Source: an uncultured bacterium (lineage in GTDB: Bacteria > JAGOEH01). Taken from it: 64,000 nt of DNA. Below, piece after piece: positions 22,184 through 33,079 of the stretch. Under the pieces are notes generated by a model. That model worked only from the letters and a program-made list of their open reading frames with translations. It searched no databases and was not told the origin of the DNA. Numbering within the stretch: position 1 is the first letter of the stretch; each line of letters opens with the position of its first letter. The stretch covers positions 1-64,000 of the forward strand of contig CAZWDO010000001.1 of NCBI GenBank assembly GCA_964632485.1, written 5' to 3'. The position numbers were made by a program, and so were the translations under genes.

Positions 22184-22210
22184 GGATTCCGGATCAAGTC
22201 CGGAATGACG
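22184..22210. repeat. CGTC-type REP palindrome
   Basis: ggattccggatcaagtccggaatgacg. Confidence 0.85.
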
Positions 22211-22502
22211 CTGTCGGCGCCCGGAGTGACGTCGATTGGACTACCCATGGATGACAAATTGATTTTTTATAGTGGCCGTCGAGTTTCAGTTTTTTTTAAA
22301 AAAATAATAAAAGGATTTAAACGCGTCAATATTTGACGTCTTTCACCCCCATATTGTAAAAAAGCTAAAACAAGGAGGTGTTTTCCGGCGATTGAGTTAA
22401 GATGATCGGTGATTGATTGATTGATGAAAGGAGGTATGAAGATCATTTTAAATTTGTTGAGCGGTATATTGTGTTAACAAAAATAACGGAAAGGTGGACA
22501 AT

Positions 22503-22715
22503 ATGTCTATTTGGAATACTCTTGAAAAAGGATTTAATAAATTTCAGGAAATGGCGGAAAAAAAGTCGAATCAAATGTATGGTGATATGAATCGGTATGA
22601 GAATCAATATCTATCATTGGATGATGATGAATTGAAGGAAATTTACAAGTCTGAATCCGGTGTAAAAAAATATGCGGCTGCCAACGTTCTGAAAGAAAGA
22701 GGTTATGGTAAATAA
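22503..22715 (+). CDS. Small hypothetical protein (70 aa)
   Basis: RBS aaggtgg before ATG; protein-like helical composition. Confidence 0.6.
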   Translation: MSIWNTLEKGFNKFQEMAEKKSNQMYGDMNRYENQYLSLDDDELKEIYKSESGVKKYAAANVLKERGYGK

Positions 22716-22795
22716 ATTCAGACAATGTGCGGTTAAATTTATTACACCTGTCAATAAACATAATATCCATTTGTTAATTCATTAAAAGGGATTCA

Positions 22796-23008
22796 ATGAT
22801 GGCAAATTATTACTGTGAATATTGTGGAGCAAAAGAGTCAAGTATTTTTAAGCTCACATCGGAGTATTGCCCAAAACACCCCGACGGAAGCGGTAAGGGC
22901 AAGCACAAACTATATGAAGGAAGTGAAAAAGACAGTTATACCTGTAAATACTGTGGCCAATCATTTGATTCATTGTTTCGACTAACTTCAACAGGAGTTT
23001 CGTCATAG
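22796..23008 (+). pseudogene. Zn-ribbon repeat protein truncated by the IS end
   Basis: Repeat 1 'YYCEYCG...LTSEYCPKHP'; repeat 2 'YTCKYCG...LTS' stops exactly at the IS inverted repeat (22992). Confidence 0.7.
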
Positions 23009-23970
23009 AGAGTTGAATATACCAGTTAACTCATTAAACGCCAATGAAAAATTTAGTTTATCATTGGTGGGGGTAAATCAACTGGTATTGAACTGGCGCA
23101 AATTCAGCTCCTCAATAAAACGTTTGTGAATTTTACTGGGTTCGGTAATCATGGTTTGGGTAGATTCCATCGAATAAATAATCACCGCTTCTTCTATCTC
23201 CTCAAGTATTTCGACAATGTTTGAAATACTCATTTCGATCCCGCTGTCCTTGCTGCTCTTTTCCACCAACTTGATCAGCAGATAAGCCAACACGTTGACA
23301 AACGATTGGACGACGATTTTCGAATCAGTCCAATGATAGATCGGGGTATAATCGACAATATCCCCGCCCTTAAAATTTCTGAATAGATCTTCGATTTTGT
23401 ATTTATCATGATATAATCGGATCATTTCCTCTGCCGACATACTCAGATCGTAGCTGAACAACAAGCGTTTTCCAAATTCTTTCTTTTTTTGGATCGCTTC
23501 GGTTTTCACCTTGAAGTGAATTTCCCGTTCATCATCGTTGCATAGCAGATTATATCCCAGGTAGCGTTCGGCTTTCGAATTTTTGATATAGAGTGTCCGG
23601 ATTTTGTCGTCGCTGCTCTTCGATTTGCCGCGAATCTCTTCCTTGATCAGCCGTTGAACTTCAAGTATCCGATTTTCAAATGAGCGCAACTGATGGTTTT
23701 TTTCTATCTCGGAATAGGTCATCACAACCCTGGCTTTCCGATTAAATACAATCTCTTCACGATCCGTATAGCGCCATTTCGAGTATTCACGGTCAATTTG
23801 CTTCAGTTTGTTCAGCTTTTTTGTGATTCGTCCCATACTTACAATATAACAATCAATCAATTGTTTGTCAGTGTTTATTTATATATAAAAATACCCTCAC
23901 AGACTTCATTTTGTAACCCATTGCAAAAAAATAACTTGCCAAAGAAAATTTAATTTTTACGAAACTCCTG
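22992..23970 (-). mobile_element. Internally deleted IS1634-family element with 12-bp terminal inverted repeats
   Basis: caggagtttcgt (22992-23003) and acgaaactcctg (23959-23970); no target-site duplication seen. Confidence 0.8.
23078..23836 (-). pseudogene. IS1634-family transposase remnant (first codons fused to the C-terminal part)
   Basis: 'LYHDKYKIEDLFRNFK...PIYHWTDSKI...FVNVLAYLL' is typical of the IS1634 C-terminus; only ~250 aa; N-terminal catalytic region absent. Confidence 0.8.
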
Positions 23971-24123
23971 ATTAATAGGGTCGGTATGATGCAGTTTTGC
24001 CAAATTCTAAATAACGGTAGTTTTGCCTGTCCCGCATTTGCCAACTATCAATACAAGACGGTGGTATAGCTCTTCCGCTGCTTTGATTGATGCGATCACT
24101 TTATTTTCAATTGGCTCCGCCAT
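23971..24123 (-). pseudogene. brxF: 5' fragment of BREX type 3 P-loop protein BrxF
   Basis: Translates MAEPIENKVIASIKAAEELYHRLVLIVGKCGTGKTTVI*NLAKLHHTDPIN; internal TAG; ends at the IS inverted repeat; RBS aagga. Not in the ORF track. Confidence 0.75.
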
Positions 24124-24519
24124 TGTCTATTCCTTGCTAAAACCCTTGATTTTTATTCAGTTCTCAAATGTTTCGTTCATAATGTTTCTTGCATATATGT
24201 CCTTTTACATAACAAATGAGAGTCTCCTTTAACCTAACAATTGTAAGGATGCAGGACAATATTGGTATCTAAGCCAAATAGTATTTATTTTACGAAATAG
24301 CGGAAATATCATACTTTTAACCTCCCCTCATACTATAATCGTTAAAAGATTATTTCTAACAGTATCATAATTTAAAAATTTCTCAAATCAATATAGCGAA
24401 CTAGCAGCCATTTGTCGACTATTTTTTATTGTTGACAAATTTTTTGTGCTATCGTTATATTGCAAAAAAAGGAACAGATTATGAAAAATAATCAAACCGT
24501 GTCCATGATTGCAATTGAC

Positions 24520-24633
24520 CCCAATCCATTGCAAAACATGTTGCTTAAGTTCAACTTTGGATTCTACTCGGATATGTTTTAACACTTTTCTAGTCAATTT
24601 AATAAAAAGACTTTCTATCAAATTTAACCACTC
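24520..24633 (-). pseudogene. IS630-family transposase C-terminal fragment
   Basis: 'WLNLIESLFIKLTRKVLKHIRVESKVELKQHVLQWI' matches the IS630 WLNxIE motif region. Confidence 0.7.
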
Positions 24634-24718
24634 TCGTCAGCGGGGTGGAATTACAATTTTCAACGACGTCTCACATCGTCCAGGTGAATTTGTTTTGACT
24701 ATCCCGCCGTTGATGCTG

Positions 24719-24802
24719 GTTTCGGACTTGATCCGGTATCCAGCTTTTAATTGTGGATTCCTGCCTACGCAGGAATGACAGAGGGGAAAGGCAGGAATGA
24801 CA
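24719..24802. repeat. Inverted pair of CGTC-type REP-like palindromes
   Basis: ttcggacttgatccggtatccag followed by ggattcctgcctacgcaggaatgaca and a partial gcaggaatgaca. Confidence 0.7.
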
Positions 24803-24979
24803 GAATCGATTACATGGATGTCGCTAAGGAGAGGGTATTGGGGGGAAAATTGGAAGTGTCGGGGTTAGTGGATGCCGGAGACGCTCGCAATGACCAGGGC
24901 GCTGGCACATGATTGTGAGCGTTGAGTTATCAACATAAATTATTTGCCACACGCAATTTTTAGATATGACAAAAATCAC

Positions 24980-25008
24980 TTGACAATTTAACCAAATCAA
25001 TCTATAAT
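24980..25008 (+). promoter_or_regulatory. Consensus sigma70 promoter
   Basis: TTGACA-N17-TATAAT. Confidence 0.8.
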
Positions 25009-25079
25009 TGAATAGGAGCGATTTCCCCTGATCGCGATTGAATACCGATGGTGCATTGTCAATCTGGACGGAGGATAAC

Positions 25080-25361
25080 ATGACCCCGGATCATTACCAA
25101 AGTATGATCCAAAGCGCACTTTTTGGCTATAAATTTTATAAAGTAATTCCCAATGCTCAGGGAGCCCTGATCGATTACCGGTTTTTGGAAGCCAACCCGG
25201 CTTTTAAGCGCCTGACCGACCTGCAGGTCGCGGATATTGTCGATCGTCCCGTTATAGAAGTGGTCCCTCCCATAGAACAGGACCGTATCGACTGGATCGG
25301 ATTTTATGGGAGAATTGGGCGCGATTGTGGAATTGCATGGTTAAAACAGATCGCACCATAA
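25080..25361 (+). pseudogene. Truncated PAS-domain sensor (N-terminal fragment)
   Basis: RBS ggagg; 'DYRFLEANPAFKRLT.L....IV.R...EV.P......WI..YG' PAS signature; stops mid-domain. Confidence 0.65.
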
Positions 25362-25397
25362 AAGGTGGACTTGAACCCCCAACCCTGAGGAGAAGGT

Positions 25398-25958
25398 ATG
25401 CACCGGAATGAAAAAACTGCATTATTGATCATCGACATGCAAAACGATGTAATGAACATGGTCCCCACCGGACGATCGGTGGCGCCGGCCATTCGTCGGG
25501 TTTTAGACTTTTGTCGGGAAAAACAAATTCCAGTCATTCACAAGCTACGTGTTCATCGCCCTGACGGAGTGGATGTGGAACGCTTTCGTCTCGAGCTTTT
25601 CAAGCGAGAGCCTTTTTTAGTCGAAGGGAGTACTGGAGCGGAGATCGTCGCGGAACTGAGACCGATTGCCGGCGAATACCAGGTTCGCGGCGCCCGTTTC
25701 AGCGGATTTTTCCAAACCGATTTGCTACTGATACTTCACCGCTTAGGTGTTGAAACACTGGTCGTCTGTGGAGTGCAAACGCCCAATTGCGTACGATCTA
25801 CGGTCGTCGACGGCATTGGCTACGATTTTCACACGGTGGTCTTGAGTGACGCCACCGCAGCCAAAACGTCAGAAATTCATGCCGCTAATCTTCTGGATAT
25901 GCAAAATATGGGAGTTTCCATCCTCACCTGTCAAGAATGGCGCGAAAACCTCACATAA
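25398..25958 (+). CDS. Isochorismatase-family cysteine hydrolase
   Basis: 'ALLIIDMQND', 'RFSGFFQTDL', 'GVQTPNCVRST', 'LSDATA'. Confidence 0.92.
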   Translation: MHRNEKTALLIIDMQNDVMNMVPTGRSVAPAIRRVLDFCREKQIPVIHKLRVHRPDGVDVERFRLELFKREPFLVEGSTGAEIVAELRPIAGEYQVRGARFSGFFQTDLLLILHRLGVETLVVCGVQTPNCVRSTVVDGIGYDFHTVVLSDATAAKTSEIHAANLLDMQNMGVSILTCQEWRENLT

Positions 25959-26409
25959 AAATTAGGAAACCATCCGCAAGCATGAAATTTTGTGAAATGT
26001 GAAGAAGCGAAAGCCATGAATAGTGTAAAACAGACAGCTTTCAACATCTTTCGGAGATTTTTATGAAAAGATTTTGATATTGGTTCGTCTGGCTCGCGCT
26101 GGCGATTGCCAGTCATGCGCATAAAGAACCCCTGATTGGTGTACACAGGATATACACAATTGAGGAATTACGATTTCAGCGCGCCAGCCAATGGATACTA
26201 AACGACATGTTTTCAATGCGGGATGCAGTTTTTTTTTCGCTGAAAGCGTTGAATGCGCCGAAATCAAAAAAAAATATAGGTGAAATGTTTTCTCAACGAA
26301 AATCGGAACCAAATTACTGTCGATCAGTTATATTAAAAGATCGCAAGGTCATCCACAATGGCAAACATGACCTTGATTGAAGGTTATATTCCAAGAGGAG
26401 CTGATATCA

Positions 26410-29400
26410 ATGCAGGAAAAAAAAACAAAAAAAATATCCCGAAAAAAGAATCCACCAGTACTATTTGAAAGCAATCTGGTGGTCGTGGCAATCGGAGCTT
26501 CCGCCGGGGGGCTGGAAGCGCTCCAGGAATTCTTCAAGAATATGCCGACTGCCCCTGGTATCGCCTTTGTTGTGATTCAGCATCTTTCCCCGGACTATCG
26601 CAGTATGATGGATGAATTACTGGCGCGTCAGACTGTTATCCCTATCCAGATCGCAGAAAACAATATGGCCATAAAAGCCGACAACATTTATCTGATTCCC
26701 CCAGGCAAGAATATTACAATATTTCATGATAAGTTGTACCTGGAAGAACAAAACCATAAAAAAGGCCCCAATCTGCCCATCAATATCTTTTTTCGTTCCC
26801 TGGCCGCCGACAAGGGCAAAAATGCCATTGGTGTGATTCTTTCGGGCACCGGCAGTGACGGAACGCTGGGGACGCGGGACATCAAGGAAGCCGGCGGCAT
26901 GATCATGGTGCAGGACGAGCATTCCGCCAAATTCGACGGCATGCCCAAAAGCTCGATCGCCACTGGTTTGGTTTATTATATCCTCATTCCAGCGAAAATG
27001 CCTGAGGCACTGATCAATTTCATCAAACACCCGTTCGTCAAAAAAAGCCAGGCACTCGACAACCTGCTTTCGGATAATCTGGATAATCTCACGAAAATCA
27101 TCATCATCCTTCGCGATTTCAGCGGCACCGATTTTTCATATTATAAGGAAAATACTATTATCCGGCGACTGGAACGACGTTTAAGCATCAATCGCTTCGA
27201 TAGCCTGGAGCAATACCTACCTTTTCTTGCCGAATCCGACAAGGAAAAAGACACGCTCTATCGGGAATTATTGATCGGTGTCACTCGCTTTTTTCGCGAT
27301 CAGGAAGCTTTCGATGCCATTGCTAAACTGATCCTGCCCAATCTTTCCACTAAAAGTATTTGTCGTATATGGTCTGCAGGATGCTCTACCGGTGAGGAGG
27401 TTTACTCACTGGCCATTCTGATCAGTGAATATTTGGACAAAAACAAGTTGAATTGCGAAGTGAAAATTTTTGCAACCGATATCGATCGCCATTCCATCGA
27501 TCTGGCAGGCGCCGGTTTTTACCCCGACAGCATCGTGTTGGATGTGGACCCCGTTTTTCTGACCAAGTTTTTCCATCGCAAGGAAAACGGCTACCAGATC
27601 AACGAAACGATTCGCAAAATGATTATTTTTGCCTCGCATAATCTTTTAAGCGATCCACCTTTTTCCAAAATCGACCTTTTGGTGTGCCGCAATTTGTTCA
27701 TTTATTTCAAACCCGAGGTTCAGACTCGTATGCTTTCAATGTTTTATTACAGCATTAATCCCGATGGTTATATCTTTCTGGGAAGCAGCGAGACCATCGG
27801 AGAAATGAGCCTGGCATTCGACTGCCTGGATGCCAAATGGAAAATCTATCGCTACAAGATCGGATTTTCGCCACCGATTATCAAGGATATGCCGCTTCCC
27901 CGCATGATGACACCAGAATTCGATCGGAATTTGCTGAGAAAGACGCATGCGCTGGATAACGTACGCTTTGACGGGTTGATCAATCTGGTAATGAATTCCT
28001 TTCTGCCGCCCTCGGTCATCATCGATACCAGTGACAATATTCTTCATGTGATCAACGATACCAGCCGGTTTATTAAACCGCAGCCAGGACGGTTTTCCCA
28101 AAATCTGCTTTCCAACCTGCCCCACGATCTGTCGCTTTTTGTCAGCACGTTGCTGAGACAGTTGAAACGCAACGGCAAGGAAATGATCATGGAAAGCCTG
28201 ATAGGTATGAAAGGCTTCGAGACGCAAAAGATTGTGATCGAAGGGCGTCAGTTGAACACCGAGCGGTCAACCTACTATATGTTGAGTTTCCGATTGGAGG
28301 AGCCAGGAAAGAAAAAAGAGCACGTCAAGCCGGAACCGATAGAACTTGATGAACAGTTTCTGAACAAAGTCGCGGATTTGGAACGAGAACTGCAATCCAC
28401 CAAGGAAAGCCTGCAGGCCACGATTGAGGAACTGGAGACTTCCAACGAGGAATTGCAATCCAGTAACGAGGAATTGATTGCTTCCAACGAGGAACTGCAA
28501 AGCACCAACGAGGAACTGCAATCGGTGAACGAAGAGCTCTATACAGTAAACTCGGAGTTTCAACTCAAAATCGATGAATTGACCCGATTGAACAACGATA
28601 TCAACAATTTGATGAAAAACACCGAAGTCGGAGCGCTCTATCTGGATCGCAGCCTATGCATCCGCAAGATCACGCCGCTGGTGACCCAGATTACCAATAT
28701 TCGCCAGAGTGACATTGGCCGGCCTATCTCACATATTTCAATCCTTTCCCATGTCGATACCCTAATTGAGAAAATCATGCACGTCTCGGAGTCACTCCAG
28801 CCTATTGACGAGGAAATTGTCTTCCCTCAGGGTTCAACGTTTTTTATCCGCATTCGTCCCTATCGCACCGAATTCAACGCCGTAGAGGGCGTGCTGCTTA
28901 CATTCGTTGACGTTACCAGCCTGAAGAAGGAAACCGTGCGCGCGGATTTGGCATCGCAACGGTTGACGGAAGCGCTGAAAATCGGCGAAATGGCCTGGTG
29001 GGAGTGGGACGTGCGTTCCGGGCAGGTCATTTTCGATGAACGCAAAGCCATCATGCTGGGCTATCGGGTTGATGAATTTCCAACTGACGTCCATGAAATA
29101 TGCAAATTGATCCATCCTGACGACTTTGTGTTTACCATGCAGGCCATGCAGGATTATTTGGAAGGGTTGAGCGAGGAATGGAACTTGATGTACCGGATTC
29201 GCCGCAAGGATGGCGCCTATGGATGGTTTTACGATCGGGGATCGATCGTGGAACGGGACTCTGAGAGCAAACCGCTTAAATTGATAGGCACCGTTATCGA
29301 AATCAGCAAGTTGAAAAAATTAGAGAATGATCTGCGCTATAGCCAGGAACTGTTTGAAACGTTTCTGAATAATAGCCCAATCGCTCAGACTATAGTGGAT

Positions 29401-29724
29401 CACGACGGTTGGATAATTTATGCCAATAAACGCGCGGAAAGGATTTTCGGTTTGAACCGCCGGGATATTCTAAACCGCACCTATAACGCCGATACCTGGA
29501 TCATTCGCGATCTGAACGGGAATCCAATTCCGCCAGAACAGCTTCCTTTTTCCGTAATCCGGGAATCTGGTCGGGAAATATTCAATTTTCAGCATTATAT
29601 CGAAGTGCCAGGAAAAAAATCTCGTCTGTTGAACATTAATGGCAGCCCAATCCAGGGTGAAGATAATAGGTTTAAAGGAGCTGTTTTTACTATAGGAGTA
29701 ATGAATGAAGGACCTGAAAGTTGA
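26410..29724 (+). CDS. CheB methylesterase/CheR methyltransferase fusion with coiled coil and PAS domains
   Basis: [21 protein letters not shown] (CheB); [26 protein letters not shown] (CheR); 'EELQS.NEEL' heptads; PAS_10/PAS_3-like domains. Confidence 0.93.
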   Translation: MQEKKTKKISRKKNPPVLFESNLVVVAIGASAGGLEALQEFFKNMPTAPGIAFVVIQHLSPDYRSMMDELLARQTVIPIQIAENNMAIKADNIYLIPPGKNITIFHDKLYLEEQNHKKGPNLPINIFFRSLAADKGKNAIGVILSGTGSDGTLGTRDIKEAGGMIMVQDEHSAKFDGMPKSSIATGLVYYILIPAKMPEALINFIKHPFVKKSQALDNLLSDNLDNLTKIIIILRDFSGTDFSYYKENTIIRRLERRLSINRFDSLEQYLPFLAESDKEKDTLYRELLIGVTRFFRDQEAFDAIAKLILPNLSTKSICRIWSAGCSTGEEVYSLAILISEYLDKNKLNCEVKIFATDIDRHSIDLAGAGFYPDSIVLDVDPVFLTKFFHRKENGYQINETIRKMIIFASHNLLSDPPFSKIDLLVCRNLFIYFKPEVQTRMLSMFYYSINPDGYIFLGSSETIGEMSLAFDCLDAKWKIYRYKIGFSPPIIKDMPLPRMMTPEFDRNLLRKTHALDNVRFDGLINLVMNSFLPPSVIIDTSDNILHVINDTSRFIKPQPGRFSQNLLSNLPHDLSLFVSTLLRQLKRNGKEMIMESLIGMKGFETQKIVIEGRQLNTERSTYYMLSFRLEEPGKKKEHVKPEPIELDEQFLNKVADLERELQSTKESLQATIEELETSNEELQSSNEELIASNEELQSTNEELQSVNEELYTVNSEFQLKIDELTRLNNDINNLMKNTEVGALYLDRSLCIRKITPLVTQITNIRQSDIGRPISHISILSHVDTLIEKIMHVSESLQPIDEEIVFPQGSTFFIRIRPYRTEFNAVEGVLLTFVDVTSLKKETVRADLASQRLTEALKIGEMAWWEWDVRSGQVIFDERKAIMLGYRVDEFPTDVHEICKLIHPDDFVFTMQAMQDYLEGLSEEWNLMYRIRRKDGAYGWFYDRGSIVERDSESKPLKLIGTVIEISKLKKLENDLRYSQELFETFLNNSPIAQTIVDHDGWIIYANKRAERIFGLNRRDILNRTYNADTWIIRDLNGNPIPPEQLPFSVIRESGREIFNFQHYIEVPGKKSRLLNINGSPIQGEDNRFKGAVFTIGVMNEGPES

Positions 29725-32038
29725 TCCCAGCGACTACATCAAACAACGCTTAGCGGATACCCTGCACGATCGTTATCATGGCATAGCCCCTGTGGGAAAA
29801 AACCTTGATGAACTGCTGGAAGAGCTCAGTATCTACCATCAGGAGCTGCACTTCCAGAATGATGAATTGAATCGCATTCGTCAGGATTTGGAAATTTCGC
29901 AAAAACATTTTATCGATCTGTTCGACAACGCTCCCATTGGTTATGTCATTTATAATTCCGAGTTAATCATCGAATCGGTCAACCGCCGCTTCGCCGCGAT
30001 GTCGGGTATGAACCGCCATGGCTCGCAACCCGTTTCCGTTACTGCTTTCATTCATCCAGAGACTCAGGACACGTTTCATTTTCATATCCAGTCTTTGATG
30101 AAAAGCCGCCTGCCCCAAAGTTGCCAATTGGTGATCCGAGGTACAGAAAAGGAATATCCTGTTAAGATTGAGAGCAATATCTGGCAAAGCGGGGAAAAAA
30201 AGATCATTCGCAGCGCCATTGTCGATCTGACCCGGGAAAAAGAACATGAGGCTGAGGCCGAGCGCCTGAACAATGAACTCAAGGAGACGAACCATCAATT
30301 GGCGGAGAAAATCGCGGAACTGGAGGATTATAAAAACCGATTGGAAGCGACTATGCGCTCGGGAAACATCGCCTGGTGGCAGTTGAATGCCATCACCGGT
30401 GAGGTTTGGTTCAATGAACAAAAAACGAAAATGTTGGGTTATGCAGCGGAAAATTTTACCCACTATACCCATTTTACCGAATTGGTGCATCCCGACGATT
30501 ATTCACCCATGATGAAGAGTATGCAGGATTGTCTGGATGGCCAATCCACTATTTACAAAGTGGACTACCGGATTAAAACGTCCATGGGGACTTATAAATG
30601 GTTTCAGGATATTGGAATCGTAACCTCCCTCACACAAGAGGGAACGCCCGGAATGCTGACCGGCGTCGTGGCGGATATCACAGAGCGCAAGGATTTCGAG
30701 AGCGCTCTAATTCACGCCAGGGATGAAGCGCAGAATGCAAATCGCGCTAAATCCGAGTTTTTGGCCAATATGAGTCATGAAATTCGCACCCCGCTTAATG
30801 GAATCATTGGCTTCACTGATCTGCTGCTGCATACGAAGCTAACAGATAAACAACAGGAATACTCCCGCCATGTCTACAATTCAGGAAATCTGCTACTGGA
30901 AATTATCAATGATATATTAGATTTCTCCAAAATTGAGGCCGGAAAGTTGGAGTTGGAAGAAATCGAAACCGACCTGATTGATCTGATCGAAAAAACAGGG
31001 GAAATAGTGCGATTTTCCGCAGCTAAAAAGAACCTGGAACTCCGCATTAACCTGGACCCGAATCTACCCCATTTCGCGGTTATAGATCCGGTGCGTCTGC
31101 GGCAAATTCTAACCAATCTGTTCAGCAATGCCGTGAAATTCACCGAAAAGGGCTTCATTGAACTCAATGTTTCTTTTTCCATCAACGAGACGAATCAATC
31201 GCGGGGCGAATTTAAGTTTTCGGTGCGCGATACCGGAATCGGAATCTCAGTGGAGAACCGAGAGAAACTGTTCCGGGCTTTTTCCCAGGCGGATGCGTCC
31301 ACCACTCGTAAATATGGCGGTACCGGTCTCGGCTTGGTCATATCCAACAAACTCGCACAGAAAATGGGGAAGGGAATCGAATTGATCAGCGAACCCGGCA
31401 AAGGCAGCACGTTTTCATTCATAATCGAAACGGAGTTTAAAGCTGGGACGATCTCTAACTCTCTTCCCAACCCAGAAGCGGGCAGTCTCGATGAAAAGCA
31501 AGCGCTTTGCGAGTGCGAAGCCACTGTGATGGTAGTGGAAGATATTTTTGTCAATCTTAAATTGATCAAGATTATGCTGAAAAAACTGCTTCCACGGGCC
31601 GTACAAATTGATGCCGTCAACGGCAGGGAAGCTATCGACAAGTATCGGAATTTTCGTCCAGATCTGATTTTGATGGATATTCAGATGCCCACTATAAATG
31701 GCTATTCGGCCACACAGGCGATCCGGGAATTGGAACGAGAAGATGGCAGCGGACATGTGCCGATCATCGCATTGACAGCGGGAACGGTGCTCGGCGAGAA
31801 GGAAAAATGCCTAAACGCCGGCATGGATGATTATCTCTCCAAACCGATCGATGAAAAAAAGCTGCGGAAAATGGTGCGCCAGTATCTGGCTTTAAAACCA
31901 GAATCCACTCCCGCGTCAACCCAACTGAAGTCAAAATACTCCGCTGAAGTACAGCATTTCAACCAAGCGGAATTTAAAAAACGTATTAGCGATGAGGATG
32001 ATTTTTATTTCGAAATGCTGAAAAATGAGGAGTTATGA
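29705..32038 (+). CDS. PAS hybrid sensor histidine kinase/response regulator
   Basis: H-box 'FLANMSHEIRTPLNG', N box, 'DTGIGI', 'GGTGLGL'; receiver 'LMDIQMP...KP'. Confidence 0.93.
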   Translation: MKDLKVDPSDYIKQRLADTLHDRYHGIAPVGKNLDELLEELSIYHQELHFQNDELNRIRQDLEISQKHFIDLFDNAPIGYVIYNSELIIESVNRRFAAMSGMNRHGSQPVSVTAFIHPETQDTFHFHIQSLMKSRLPQSCQLVIRGTEKEYPVKIESNIWQSGEKKIIRSAIVDLTREKEHEAEAERLNNELKETNHQLAEKIAELEDYKNRLEATMRSGNIAWWQLNAITGEVWFNEQKTKMLGYAAENFTHYTHFTELVHPDDYSPMMKSMQDCLDGQSTIYKVDYRIKTSMGTYKWFQDIGIVTSLTQEGTPGMLTGVVADITERKDFESALIHARDEAQNANRAKSEFLANMSHEIRTPLNGIIGFTDLLLHTKLTDKQQEYSRHVYNSGNLLLEIINDILDFSKIEAGKLELEEIETDLIDLIEKTGEIVRFSAAKKNLELRINLDPNLPHFAVIDPVRLRQILTNLFSNAVKFTEKGFIELNVSFSINETNQSRGEFKFSVRDTGIGISVENREKLFRAFSQADASTTRKYGGTGLGLVISNKLAQKMGKGIELISEPGKGSTFSFIIETEFKAGTISNSLPNPEAGSLDEKQALCECEATVMVVEDIFVNLKLIKIMLKKLLPRAVQIDAVNGREAIDKYRNFRPDLILMDIQMPTINGYSATQAIRELEREDGSGHVPIIALTAGTVLGEKEKCLNAGMDDYLSKPIDEKKLRKMVRQYLALKPESTPASTQLKSKYSAEVQHFNQAEFKKRISDEDDFYFEMLKNEEL

Positions 32039-32541
32039 TGGAATATAAAGTTATTAAAAAACAACAGAATAGTAAACGATGTCTGGTATGCGGTTTAAAA
32101 AATCAATTGGGGTTAAAAGCTGCATTTTATGAATTGGAGAACAATGAAGTCGTGGCGATCTTCCAACCGCTCGATGAACACCAAAGCTATCCCGGAATTC
32201 TGCATGGAGGGATAGCCGGTGCCATATTAGACGAAACCATCGGACGGGCGATCATGATTAATTATGAAAATTTATTCGGCATGACGGTGGAGTTAAATTT
32301 GAAATATAAAAAACCGGTACCATTGAACGAAGAGTTACGGGTCGTCGGACGGATCACGCGGGATTCGGGCAGAATATTTGAAGGCACAGGTGAGATATTG
32401 CTCAAAAATGGCGATGTCGCCGTTATTGGAAAAGGGAAATACATAAAAATGCAACTTGACAAAATCGCAGAATTTGACGAAGAAAAAGAGGAATGGAGGG
32501 TATCGTCATCGGAGGCGGATCCGCTTAAAATCGAAATCTGA
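32035..32541 (+). CDS. PaaI-family hotdog-fold thioesterase
   Basis: 'CLVCG..N..GL', 'HQSYPGILHGG...LDE'. Confidence 0.88.
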   Translation: MMEYKVIKKQQNSKRCLVCGLKNQLGLKAAFYELENNEVVAIFQPLDEHQSYPGILHGGIAGAILDETIGRAIMINYENLFGMTVELNLKYKKPVPLNEELRVVGRITRDSGRIFEGTGEILLKNGDVAVIGKGKYIKMQLDKIAEFDEEKEEWRVSSSEADPLKIEI

Positions 32542-32620
32542 AAAGATACTCAGACCATGCTCCCCGCCCTAAGGGCCGGGAAAAAATTGGCGATAGTCCC
32601 CGCAAACGGTACGATGTATG

Positions 32621-33079
32621 CTATTGTCCCAGTTTTTCCATCAACAGTTTAATGCGGGCGGCGTGGCCGTCTTCCTGCGCTTGGAGTTGATTGAATACGT
32701 CGATAACCGTTTCGTTGAGATCGGTAAAGCTTAGAAACATCCGGTACAAATCGCGCGTGTTGGTTTCCCGCTCATAGGCAATCTCCAGCGCGCGCGCGGG
32801 CGACGCATCGGCAAAGACTTCATGGGTATTAACCTTCCTCGCATGCAGATCGACATCCAATGACAACCGGGCATCAAACTCTTCGCGAGGGATGGCCGCT
32901 TCATTCAACAATGCCTTCAACCGGTTGTAATGTTTCACTTCCTCTTCAGCCAGGGTGCGGCACAGGGCGCTCGTCTCAGGATCAATGACCTGATTCGCCG
33001 CTGACGTATAAAAGAGGTAGCTTTCCTGTTCGATTTTTTCGGAGTATTCAATAATCTCCCGTATGGTAAAATCTTTCAT
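32621..33079 (-). CDS. Ferritin-like (rubrerythrin-domain) protein
   Basis: Di-iron pattern E...FY...EEVKH...E...Y...QEDGH. Confidence 0.85.
   Translation of the reverse strand: MKDFTIREIIEYSEKIEQESYLFYTSAANQVIDPETSALCRTLAEEEVKHYNRLKALLNEAAIPREEFDARLSLDVDLHARKVNTHEVFADASPARALEIAYERETNTRDLYRMFLSFTDLNETVIDVFNQLQAQEDGHAARIKLLMEKLGQ

Noticed and set aside
22425-22480. Tiny hydrophobic ORF MKIILNLLSGILC after aaggaggt (type I toxin-like)
   Set aside because: The SD directly abuts the ATG and no antitoxin or terminator structure is evident.
28425-28545. 21-nt tandem repeats (aacgaggaa..gcaa)
   Set aside because: Ordinary EELQSxNEEL coiled coil of CheB/CheR fusion proteins.
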